The notes: generated by a model from the letters alone, not told the origin. A stretch of 32,000 nucleotides of DNA from Formosa sp. Hel1_33_131 (GCF_001735745.1 NZ_CP017260.1:390001-422000); one strand, 5' to 3'; numbered from the stretch's first letter, positions 1 to 8,606 are shown. Program-made: numbers and translations.

Positions 1-3000
1 CGCTAAATTTCCGTGTCCCTCATTCATGGGCCAATAGCCTACTAAATCGAGTTCATTACCTACATATTTGGTGTAAATATTTGCATAGGCATCTGTGAAA
101 TTGAGGGCTTTGGACCAGAGTCTTACATCGTGAAGGTTTCCTATAAAGGTGTTCCCTCCAAATACCATATTGGCATCAAAATTATATTGCAAATTTTGGG
201 GTGCAGAATCCGTTTGAACAACTCTATCATCTTCAAAAATGCTGATGACTCCTGCCGCACTATCATATGTAAATGTATAGTGGTGGAACAGGTTATCGCT
301 TGAGATCCCTCCAGAGACTGTAGAGTCCCCAAATTGGAAACTAATCGTTGACCCTTGTAAATCGATATTAATTCCTCTCTCCTGATCTACTATAGAAGCT
401 GTACCAGCTTCAGTTTGATTGTTCATCCAAAATTCAAAGCTAAAATCGCCTGTCTGAATATATGGACTTTCAATAGTTGCTGTATTTGTTGAACCGTTAA
501 AGTAAAGAGAGACATTGTTGTTAATTGGCAATTGGTTGGTTTCTCCTTTAATTTCGATTAAACTGACCGAAGAGTTATAAAAAATAGCTTCGTTGAAACG
601 TACAGATATATCTTCACCATAACCCAAAATACCATCTATTGGAGTTGGGGTTCCAAAAGCACGGGGTGCAAACAAATCTACTTTTCCTGTGATCACTTCA
701 GAAATATAGGACGTATCGTTGGTACACGTACTAATAGCACGGATTTCGTAAGTACCATTCTGAATATTTTGCCCTACAATATCCCAAGGATAATTAATTG
801 TAGTCTCCGTAATCACTGAAATTTCTGTTTCATTATTTATAACAGCTTCGTCATAAAAATCTTGAGTTCCATAATACGTATGTAAACGCGTCCATGTTGA
901 TGAAGTTGCTGATCTGTATTGTAAGTCTAATTTTTGAAAACTAGAAAACCCAGTCGTGTATTCACTTAGTTCTACAGCAAGTGGATTGCTTGTGCCATCA
1001 AGGTTATAAGCTTCTGAGATATTATACACCCAGTTGTCTAAAGGAGCAGATACCACCACATTAGAACAGGAAGGTACAAAATGAGCTGAAAGGGTTACTG
1101 AATCGCTTGCGTCACCACCACATAAACTTTCAAAAACAATTTCAATATCATCGTAGTCGTACACATCTGAAAGCGATTTTCCGATGGTCACAACAAACTC
1201 CCTTGGAACTCCATATTGAAAGGATGGAAATAATATTCCATCAGATGGAATATTAATGATTGCACTGTTAGGGTTTGAAGATGGGTTGACTCTTAAAATA
1301 TAGTCGGATTCCAGTCTTGTAGTACTAATGTTTTCTAATTGCACTCTAAATTCAGCACTCACATCTTCAGGAACATTACTCACATCTACAACCTCAGCCG
1401 TAATTTGTGGGACTTCAATTTGTTGTGTAGCGAGACTTAATTCTTGGCGATCACCTTCCGCGAGTTCTATAATATTTGGGTCATTTGCTACATAGGTAGC
1501 CGGGTTATAATATATAGATTTTTGAACACCTTCGTACGGGCAGGACGTTCTACCACCTCTGGTGATAAAAATAGGACCATTCCCATCAAAAGAGTTGACA
1601 ACATCGATACTTAAAACATTTCCAGGATCACTCTCAACTAATGTGTAAGAGATAGAGGTTGTCGCTGTTTCTTCAGTTGAAAACGACGTATTGATATCTT
1701 GATTTACAAAACCTCCGGTCGTATTTAATAAACCAACTCCATTTATATTAAATCCTAAATCAAGAGCAAAGCTTTCATCGGCATTTAAGTTCACTAAACT
1801 TGAGCTTGTGCTAACAACTGCCGTTTCAACACTTCTCGTAAATTGTCCAACCCCATTATCGATAGACACATTATCCTCAAAATTGGTGTTTAATAAATCT
1901 CTTATCAGAGTCGATGATTCTAGATTATTTGTTAACTCTGCTTCGGAAAGTGGATCATTGTCTTGATCAAGTGCATCCGTTAATTCTGCTATAAAAGTGT
2001 CTAAGGTTGTTTCTAGACCTGCTTTGTAATTTGCACGATCGTTTAAAGCCAAATACTTGAGACGCTCGTTTTCTCTAATGGTCGATCTCCATAAATTAAT
2101 TTGCGTTTGGTATTGTTCTATGGTTAGCACACCAGAAGTACTTGGATCAATGGTTCCATCTTCTAAGCCTGTTACAAAACCTTGCAGTTCTGGAATGAGC
2201 GTATTCACAATATAAAATTGAGAAAAAACGAAAAAGGTATCTGAGGGCTCTTCAGCAAAATAAACTGCTTTTTGTTTGCCTATAAAAACAGTTTCTCCAT
2301 CGGAATTTGTAAGCGTAAAATTCTCTGCACTTGCAGAGGCTCTCACATCGATATCATCATACGAGCCGTAAAAGTAATTTTTGGACTGCCCAATGTATAA
2401 ATCGCCATCTGCTCCAACAAAACTTGTATCGCTGCTTGTAGAAATTGATTGAGAAAAGGAATATGTTTTGGTTAATTTTTCTGCATTCGTACTAGAGGCT
2501 GTTACAGCAATACCTAAAGAAGGACTGTTTGTGCCTTGAGACTCAATTACGGGCCCTGCTAAACCACCACCAGCTGCAAATTTTACGCCCAATAAGACCT
2601 TAAATTCTGTTGATATTCCGCTAGAATTTGTAAAATCCGTTTCGGTTGTAAATGAAACGGTTTCCCCGCTACTAATGGTCGCCTGACTGTTGGAGCCAGG
2701 GGGATCTCTCAAAATCATATCTGGTTTATCTGGAGCACTTGTCACAAAAGTTTGACTGCCATCAGATTGGCCTCCTAATAAAATTCCCTCGGTTTCATAA
2801 TTTTGTGCAGCACTATCAACACCATTTAAGCGGTAATTAATGCTTAACGTTTTTGTGAATGGCGCATTTATTGACGGTACTCCACCTCTAAATGTATAGG
2901 TTGAAATACTTGGATCTGTTTCGCTTGTAACTTCAGATTCAGAATCTGCCAATGCTAAATTGTTGTTTATAATTAATTCCCCATCCAATACTGGAACTTG

Positions 3001-5811
3001 AAATGTGAGAACAGCGTCAGGGTCATCAGAATTTGAATAAGGTTCAAAACGATTCATTTCAATAGAATACGTTTGAAATTGTTTATATACTAAATAGTCA
3101 AATCCTTCTGTACTGATTGTAGTCCCATCCGCACGTTCCAAATCACTTTCAGACGTTTGTTCTGTGACACTTAAAACAGGTGTTGACCTGTGGGTGAAAC
3201 TTTTTTCGTAAGCATAAGGAAGCCCTGTTTCGGTGGTTCCGTCAGAATACTCAAAAGACGGAATTGTTGAATCTTGTATTCTTGAAACATTGATCGTTTC
3301 GACGGCATCTAGTATGTTTAATGTAGAATTACTTGCAATACTCACACCATTCGTTTGGTTTATAGAATACCCTAATGGCAACAAATCGAGACGGTATTCT
3401 CCAGTATCCGTATTTGTGGTTGCATTTGCTTTTGTATAGGCTGTAATTCCACCTACTGCTGGCGTATAGTCAAAAGTAATTGAAGCGGTTCCTATATTAT
3501 TAACAGAAGTGACTACGGTTGTTTGTGGAAATCCATTTGAGTCGGTAATATCTCTAGACACCGTCCCTTCATGTCCGAAACCTATTGGTTTTGCGCTTTC
3601 AACAGCCCCACCAACAACTCTCCCTACAAGGGTTACTTTTGTTTGATCGATAAAGGTAACTTGCTCTTCTCTATCTTCAAAAAATTCATCTAAAACAGTG
3701 GGGTCTGCAGGAAACCTTCCTGAATATCCAAATTCGTGTCCGTCTCTTCTAATACTGATGTAATGCTCTCCTATTGGAACATTAATTTCAAATTCCCCAT
3801 TGCTATCGGAAACGATGGGTGTATTGTTAGAATCTAAGACAATTTCATTATCTATGTAGATACTAACCCCTTCTGAAGGGATTCGCGCATAGCGTTCTAG
3901 ATAGTCATCCGAAGTATCCTCTGCTGTTCCAGCATCGTTTAGCCAGTAATCACCTTTTGAAAATTTATCAACCCCTTTTTCATAATAATTATAGCCTTCA
4001 TCTATAAGACCAGGACCACTAACATATTGATCTCCATCGGTTAAATCTGTAAAACTAGGTACATCTGGATCTGGACTATTTACTTCTACAAACGATTTAA
4101 AGACGTCTCTACTGTCATAAAAAATCTTCCCTTTAAATACAAATGAGGACGTGTCAGTGAAGTTTACGCTGTTAATAACTGTATTTGTTTCCCCTATATA
4201 AACCAATTGTTGTGAAGGATCAAACTCATGAATGCCTAAAATTGGCGTAATGGTATAGGTTTCTCCAGCACCACTGTAAGGGATTGCACTGATGATGTAA
4301 TTTCCATTAATATCTGTGACCCCCAAAATACCCAGTTGGTCTGAGTTTGGCGTATTCTCCCCAAAAACCCAATTTGGAGTTGTTGGTATTGTAGCGTCAG
4401 CAGCAAAAACGGCGGCATTGTTGTTGTTGTAGCTAAAACCCGCATGTGACATATCGTATGCCACGTCGCCTGCGGCTTCGTCCATTCTTAAATAAGAAAT
4501 TAAATTGACATCATTCCCATCAATAATTCGTTTGTAGTCGGTATATACAGCACTTTCTGTTAGCACGCGATTCCAAACTCTAATTTCATCTATGAGCATG
4601 GCTTTTTGTGAACCAAATGAGATGCGCTCCCAATGCGTTTCTACACCATTGTGTATTCCATCTAAATTTATAGGAGATGTAGGAGATACAACTGAAAAAT
4701 GAGGTGCTGTATAATTAGCATCTAAATCTACTAATACAGCATGAGCTGTTTCTGCATAGGCTTCGTTCATTTGTCGCCCATTTATATACAAAACAGGAAT
4801 TTGACCGTCTTCTAGAACGATGGAAAAATGAATAAACTCACTATTAAACGCTGTAATTGGATTTAGTATATCGTCTCCTCTTGCATTGAGCTGCCCAGAA
4901 GGATAATAGTTGTTGATTGTATAAATACCGCCATCAATATCCACCTCTAGATAATTTACGGCTCCCGTAAACAATTTTACATTCACATTTTTCTCCAGAG
5001 TTCCATCAAAATTTGCTAATGAAAAAACGGTTAATGCATCTCCTGTATTTGTAAAATCAGCTACTGGTCGAACCCATGCCTGAAATGTGATACGGTCGTC
5101 GATAGCATCTGGAAATTGGTTAATTTTTAAGCTGCTATTTTCAGGAATACTGATTGCTGAGGACCTAAACGGAGTCCCTGTAGCAGACGTTGCCAAAACG
5201 GCCACATCCCTTACGGGGTTACCACCCTCAAAACTAATTCTACCTGTCACAATGCCAGAAGGACTTCTAAATCCGATCCCTTCCATAAAGGTTTTGTATT
5301 TTTCTTCTACAGCACTGACCCCTATAGCTTCTACCTTATATTCATAGAGTTGACCGCCTTCGATATATTCGTCCTCATATTCCGTTGAAAAAGAACCTAA
5401 ACTAGCGATTCGCACGTACTCTTCAGCACCTATTTCTTTTCTATAAATATAAAACCCTGAAATTAAATCTTGATTCGCTCTAACATTCCAGCTAATCTTC
5501 ACTTTATCTGTAAAATACCCTTTTGAAACTGTAAACGTTTCTTCGGCAAACGTATCATATAAATACAGAATGTGCCATGGAAAACGAACATCCACTGGTG
5601 TTGTAGTATGTACTGAACCTGTTGTAATTCCTAAATAAGGAAGGCCAACTTGTACATAAAATTGATTACTGTTGCTTGCTTGCGTGCTGCTTGCTTGCGA
5701 AACCGTCACAACCCTTGCACCCTCTTGGTCCTGTGAATGGAGTGTATAGCACAGTCCTAGAAGAAAAGCAAAAATTGCTAATCTCTTTTTAATTAATAAA
5801 TTTAATTTCAT
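1..5811 (-). CDS. Giant secreted multidomain surface protein, partial (N-terminal 1937 aa; 3' end lies beyond coordinate 1). Contains a signal peptide, an FN3-like module, LamG/ConA-like lectin domains and CarboxypepD_reg-like beta-sandwich segments.
   Basis: Absent from the supplied track, presumably because it has no stop inside the window. My hand translation of the minus strand from ATG (5811..5809) stays open to coordinate 1; codon first bases fall on coordinates divisible by 3. The N-terminus MKLNLLIKKRLAIFAFLLGLCYTLHSQ looks like a signal peptide. An FN3-like stretch reads KISWNVRANQDLISGFYIYRKE...YEYKVEAIGV. LamG_3-type domain ends occur at EIRVWNRVLTESAVYTDY (~4535-4600) and HDVRLWSKALNFTDAYANIY (~73-135). 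Each is followed by a typical next-domain opener: LISYLRMDEAAGDVAYD, and LVGYWPMNEGHGNLA at 1-60. CarboxypepD_reg-like segments are VTDINGNYIISAIPYSGAGETYTITP (~4250-4325) and VSDSNGEFEINVPIGEHYISIRRDGHEF (~3725-3830). Confidence 0.85.
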   Translation of the reverse strand, partial: MKLNLLIKKRLAIFAFLLGLCYTLHSQDQEGARVVTVSQASSTQASNSNQFYVQVGLPYLGITTGSVHTTTPVDVRFPWHILYLYDTFAEETFTVSKGYFTDKVKISWNVRANQDLISGFYIYRKEIGAEEYVRIASLGSFSTEYEDEYIEGGQLYEYKVEAIGVSAVEEKYKTFMEGIGFRSPSGIVTGRISFEGGNPVRDVAVLATSATGTPFRSSAISIPENSSLKINQFPDAIDDRITFQAWVRPVADFTNTGDALTVFSLANFDGTLEKNVNVKLFTGAVNYLEVDIDGGIYTINNYYPSGQLNARGDDILNPITAFNSEFIHFSIVLEDGQIPVLYINGRQMNEAYAETAHAVLVDLDANYTAPHFSVVSPTSPINLDGIHNGVETHWERISFGSQKAMLIDEIRVWNRVLTESAVYTDYKRIIDGNDVNLISYLRMDEAAGDVAYDMSHAGFSYNNNNAAVFAADATIPTTPNWVFGENTPNSDQLGILGVTDINGNYIISAIPYSGAGETYTITPILGIHEFDPSQQLVYIGETNTVINSVNFTDTSSFVFKGKIFYDSRDVFKSFVEVNSPDPDVPSFTDLTDGDQYVSGPGLIDEGYNYYEKGVDKFSKGDYWLNDAGTAEDTSDDYLERYARIPSEGVSIYIDNEIVLDSNNTPIVSDSNGEFEINVPIGEHYISIRRDGHEFGYSGRFPADPTVLDEFFEDREEQVTFIDQTKVTLVGRVVGGAVESAKPIGFGHEGTVSRDITDSNGFPQTTVVTSVNNIGTASITFDYTPAVGGITAYTKANATTNTDTGEYRLDLLPLGYSINQTNGVSIASNSTLNILDAVETINVSRIQDSTIPSFEYSDGTTETGLPYAYEKSFTHRSTPVLSVTEQTSESDLERADGTTISTEGFDYLVYKQFQTYSIEMNRFEPYSNSDDPDAVLTFQVPVLDGELIINNNLALADSESEVTSETDPSISTYTFRGGVPSINAPFTKTLSINYRLNGVDSAAQNYETEGILLGGQSDGSQTFVTSAPDKPDMILRDPPGSNSQATISSGETVSFTTETDFTNSSGISTEFKVLLGVKFAAGGGLAGPVIESQGTNSPSLGIAVTASSTNAEKLTKTYSFSQSISTSSDTSFVGADGDLYIGQSKNYFYGSYDDIDVRASASAENFTLTNSDGETVFIGKQKAVYFAEEPSDTFFVFSQFYIVNTLIPELQGFVTGLEDGTIDPSTSGVLTIEQYQTQINLWRSTIRENERLKYLALNDRANYKAGLETTLDTFIAELTDALDQDNDPLSEAELTNNLESSTLIRDLLNTNFEDNVSIDNGVGQFTRSVETAVVSTSSSLVNLNADESFALDLGFNINGVGLLNTTGGFVNQDINTSFSTEETATTSISYTLVESDPGNVLSIDVVNSFDGNGPIFITRGGRTSCPYEGVQKSIYYNPATYVANDPNIIELAEGDRQELSLATQQIEVPQITAEVVDVSNVPEDVSAEFRVQLENISTTRLESDYILRVNPSSNPNSAIINIPSDGILFPSFQYGVPREFVVTIGKSLSDVYDYDDIEIVFESLCGGDASDSVTLSAHFVPSCSNVVVSAPLDNWVYNISEAYNLDGTSNPLAVELSEYTTGFSSFQKLDLQYRSATSSTWTRLHTYYGTQDFYDEAVINNETEISVITETTINYPWDIVGQNIQNGTYEIRAISTCTNDTSYISEVITGKVDLFAPRAFGTPTPIDGILGYGEDISVRFNEAIFYNSSVSLIEIKGETNQLPINNNVSLYFNGSTNTATIESPYIQTGDFSFEFWMNNQTEAGTASIVDQERGINIDLQGSTISFQFGDSTVSGGISSDNLFHHYTFTYDSAAGVISIFEDDRVVQTDSAPQNLQYNFDANMVFGGNTFIGNLHDVRLWSKALNFTDAYANIYTKYVGNELDLVGYWPMNEGHGNLA

Positions 5812-5822
5812 AGCTAGGAGAG

Positions 5823-6677
5823 TTATAGTTTAATAATATAATTAACTCCATAGTTTACGGGCCTGCTTTCAGTTCCTTGATTAGCTGTTGAGCCTGTAAT
5901 GGAATGACTATGAGCTGGCTCTGTATCAGTGGGCAAATTAGATGAATAATCACCCCCTTCTGAATATGGTATTGGCGAACCACTATCTCCTTCAAATGAC
6001 CTCCAGTGCTTTCTTATAAATAAATTATGACTATGAGCACCAGCATCAGATGTAGCTAAAGTACCTTTAGCATGACTATGTGATTTATTAGCATCTTGTT
6101 GTGTTGTTTTTAATGCGGGACCGGCCTGAGAGTTCACAGGACTTGTGCCTGTCCCTCTTAAAAACATTCCTTGTAAGTTGGGGGCATTGGCACTTCCTAA
6201 TAAGGTTCTTAAAGTTAATGTGTTAGAATCAATAGGTATCGCGCCACCATCACATAATATCCAGCCTGCTGGAGCTGCTGTTCCTATAAATGGCATGATA
6301 GAGCCCGTAGGAACGCCGTTACTAGCAGCATATGCTAAAGGCACACGTTTAAAAACTTCATTAGAAATTTCAGTAGCTCCTTCTTTGATTTTTAAATACA
6401 ACTCATGATTGCTAAATTGAGTTTCTGTGGTGTTTGGTAAATTAATAACATGAGAAAAGACTCCAAATGCATCTGTTTGAAGTGTTGATGTACTTGAGTA
6501 AACATCTACAGGACTATTACTGGAGTTTAAGTAATAAATTTCAAATGTCAATGGGACGCTGGCATTTGTTCTTGCAGTATTGTTCGCATCTCTAGCAAGG
6601 CCTTGAACGGCGATGCCTTGTGAAAAACTAATTAAGGTAAAAAATAAGGCACTAAAAGTTAAAGCAATTTTTTTCAT
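5823..6677 (-). CDS. Secreted phage-tail-collar domain protein (MdpB / microcystin-dependent-protein-like)
   Basis: 284-aa track ORF with signal peptide MKKIALTFSALFFTLISFSQ. The collar-domain core reads GSIMPFIGTAAPAGWILCDGGAI...LLGSANAPNLQGMFLRGTG. Three HSH triplets are present (KSHSHAKG, GAHSHNLF, PAHSHSITG). The C-terminus RPVNYGVNYIIKL resembles the usual ...NYIIxL ending of this family. The stop codon lies 11 nt upstream of the giant ORF start. Confidence 0.85.
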   Translation of the reverse strand: MKKIALTFSALFFTLISFSQGIAVQGLARDANNTARTNASVPLTFEIYYLNSSNSPVDVYSSTSTLQTDAFGVFSHVINLPNTTETQFSNHELYLKIKEGATEISNEVFKRVPLAYAASNGVPTGSIMPFIGTAAPAGWILCDGGAIPIDSNTLTLRTLLGSANAPNLQGMFLRGTGTSPVNSQAGPALKTTQQDANKSHSHAKGTLATSDAGAHSHNLFIRKHWRSFEGDSGSPIPYSEGGDYSSNLPTDTEPAHSHSITGSTANQGTESRPVNYGVNYIIKL

Positions 6678-6688
6678 GATATATGAAT

Positions 6689-6720
6689 TTGGTTAATTTA
6701 AATTAGTAATTGGTTAATTT
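6689..6720 (-). repeat. Perfect 11-bp direct repeat ttggttaattt (6689..6699 and 6710..6720; period 21 bp) in the leader of the tail-collar gene
   Basis: Read directly from the sequence. On the coding (minus) strand it is aaattaaccaa twice, ending 12 nt upstream of the ATG at 6677. Confidence 0.8.
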
Positions 6721-6781
6721 GATTGTATCACGCAAGTTGTATTTGTTAGATACACACGTACTATTATTCAAAAAATTTAAA

Positions 6782-6789
6782 CAAAATTA
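6782..6789 (-). promoter_or_regulatory. Candidate Bacteroidota -7 box (TAATTTTG, fits TAnnTTTG) for the tail-collar / giant-ORF transcript
   Basis: This is the only TAnnTTTG match in the 158-bp gap between the Crp-like stop and the collar start. It predicts a TSS near 6775 and a leader of about 98 nt. Confidence 0.35.
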
Positions 6790-6796
6790 CTTTATC

Positions 6797-6817
6797 GATC
6801 AACTTTATACATTGATC
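6797..6817. promoter_or_regulatory. Inverted repeat gatcaa-N9-ttgatc: candidate operator, or weak terminator hairpin of the upstream Crp-like gene
   Basis: Perfect 6-bp arms at 6797..6802 and 6812..6817. Relative to the predicted TSS the repeat spans about -22 to -42, where a -33 element would sit. It lies 19-39 nt downstream of the Crp/Fnr stop codon. Confidence 0.3.
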
Positions 6818-6835
6818 TGGGTTAAGAAATGTAAA

Positions 6836-7411
6836 TTATTTTTTGGCTAATCGTTTTCTAATTCGACTTAATCCTTCGGGTGTAATTCCCAAATAGGAAG
6901 CAATCATATACTGGGGTATCCTTTGAATAATTGTAGGCCTACTGTTAATTAATTCCAGATAACGCTCCTCAGCAGTTTTAAGAAAGAATGATTCGTATTT
7001 TTCTGAAACTTCTATGTATAAATTTTCAACTATATTTCTGCTCAATTCTTGAACTTTTGGAAGTTTTTTATATGACCGAAAGAGAGCATCTCTGTGTATT
7101 AGTGTGACTGAAGAGTCTTCCAAAGCTTGAATATTAAATTTGGACTTATTCTCTAAAAGAAAACATGAATAATTAGAAATAAATTCATTGGGGAAAAAAA
7201 ACCCTCGTATATGTTGAACGCCCTCAATTAGGTAGAAGAAGGTAAAAAAACCTTTATCTACAAATCCAACATAATCACAAAGATCGTCTGCTTTTAAAAG
7301 GTATTCCCCTTTATTATAATGTTTTACTATGAAAGACTCTGAAAAAACCAACCATTCAGATTCTGTTAAATCTATAAATTCAAACAATGCAATTTTAATA
7401 TTTTCTTTCAA
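6836..7411 (-). CDS. Crp/Fnr family transcriptional regulator (cNMP-binding domain plus C-terminal HTH)
   Basis: 191-aa ORF with a beta-roll-like N-terminal region and the C-terminal HTH IPQYMIASYLGITPEGLSRIRKRL. The track start is a TTG codon (plus-strand caa at 7409..7411) preceded by an in-frame TGA five codons upstream, so the exact start is uncertain. Confidence 0.8.
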   Translation of the reverse strand: MKENIKIALFEFIDLTESEWLVFSESFIVKHYNKGEYLLKADDLCDYVGFVDKGFFTFFYLIEGVQHIRGFFFPNEFISNYSCFLLENKSKFNIQALEDSSVTLIHRDALFRSYKKLPKVQELSRNIVENLYIEVSEKYESFFLKTAEERYLELINSRPTIIQRIPQYMIASYLGITPEGLSRIRKRLAKK

Positions 7412-7573
7412 TGTTTTGATTGGTCAATTGGTTATTTCCAAAGATAAGTGAAACGACCGAATTCTAACCCCAAAAGTGAATGCAATTTCTGGCTGAGTTT
7501 CAAAAGGGATTTACACTTATTAAGTGCAAGTATTATTTCAACTAAAAACAATAATTAACCTAAACAACCCCCA

Positions 7574-8398
7574 CTAGCGTCCCATACGGTTTTTACGAAA
7601 CTCTTTCATTTTTTTAGTAATGATGTCCTGATACTCGATTTTAGAAACTTCTTTCCCCTTACTCGGTGCTTCAATCTCAATGATTTCACCGGGGTTCAGT
7701 ACCAGTTTTGAACAAAGCATGGTTGTATTATCCGCACTGACTTCTAAGATCAAACCTGGAAGACCCCAATAATCTAAAGGCCCGTGACGTACCGGAATTT
7801 GAGGGGCATACCACGCTTCTATTTGTGTCATTTTAACTTCTTTGACTTCCGTAGAATCGGACTCAGTTGTGTTTCTCAACTTATCCCAAGAAAAGGAATA
7901 CCACGTCAATTCGTTCGTCGGAATTAAGGCCGTCGCTTTAAAACAAGAATAATTTCCGATTTTTTTTGTTTCGGAATCTAAGCTCCACTCTATGGGTTGT
8001 AATACATCCTTTACCAAAAACTTTTTTCCATAAAATTCTTGCTGTTGTAGTTGGGTGTTTGTTTTTACATTTTTATACTGTTTGCCTGGGGCGAAATTCT
8101 TACCCCAAGAATCCGTCGCTCCAGAAATCGCATCCAATTGATCCTCCTCAGTAAACACCGACTCCTCTTTATTAAAGGACAACACATAGCCTTTTTCGAG
8201 TCTGTTTTTCATCCGTGCCCCAACTTCTTTTTTCTGAGCCTCACTCAATCGAGCCCCCCACTTTCCGAGGTCCATTTTAGATTTAGAAAAATAATACGCT
8301 TTCGCTTGAAATTCTTGCGTGGTCTGTGTTTCATTCACACTTGTTGAGATTAAAAAAACAAATACAAGCGCGAGAGTAGTGATGACTTTTGACTTCAT
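7574..8398 (-). CDS. GLPGLI family protein (uncharacterised Bacteroidota family), secreted
   Basis: 274 aa with the N-terminal signal-like MKSKVITTLALVFVFLISTS and the eponymous motif in DYWGLPGLILEV. Confidence 0.8.
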   Translation of the reverse strand: MKSKVITTLALVFVFLISTSVNETQTTQEFQAKAYYFSKSKMDLGKWGARLSEAQKKEVGARMKNRLEKGYVLSFNKEESVFTEEDQLDAISGATDSWGKNFAPGKQYKNVKTNTQLQQQEFYGKKFLVKDVLQPIEWSLDSETKKIGNYSCFKATALIPTNELTWYSFSWDKLRNTTESDSTEVKEVKMTQIEAWYAPQIPVRHGPLDYWGLPGLILEVSADNTTMLCSKLVLNPGEIIEIEAPSKGKEVSKIEYQDIITKKMKEFRKNRMGR

Positions 8399-8606
8399 TG
8401 AAAGAGGTGTTTAATGTTTTGTTGATTCAAATATAGTATTTAATTAAACAGTAATATTTGTCTTTATCATAAAATTAACGCTGCTAGACGACTGCAATCT
8501 GACACCCAATTAAAGAGTACTTTAAAATTAAAACAACTATTTGCCCTACAAGTCTTATATTGCAATGACAAACGAATAACAAATACACTGTTTAAAAATA
8601 CATACC

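Noticed and set aside
141-5347. Track ORFs 141..332(-), 3233..3439(+), 4236..4445(-) and 5087..5347(+) as genes
   Set aside because: All lie inside the giant minus-strand ORF (1..5811), in other frames or on the opposite strand. They have low-complexity, non-protein-like sequences and are shadow ORFs.
1-8398. Prophage or phage-tail-like particle, suggested by the tail-collar domain
   Set aside because: There are no capsid, portal, terminase, sheath, tube, baseplate, integrase or lysis genes in the visible 8.4 kb. The collar protein has a Sec signal peptide, and its neighbours are a regulator and surface-type proteins. The region left of the window is unseen, so this is not fully excluded.
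1-8398. Anti-phage defence island at the left end
   Set aside because: I recognise no nuclease, helicase, ATPase, methyltransferase, TIR/SIR2, reverse transcriptase or toxin-antitoxin-like motifs. All four genes look like secreted or surface proteins plus a regulator.
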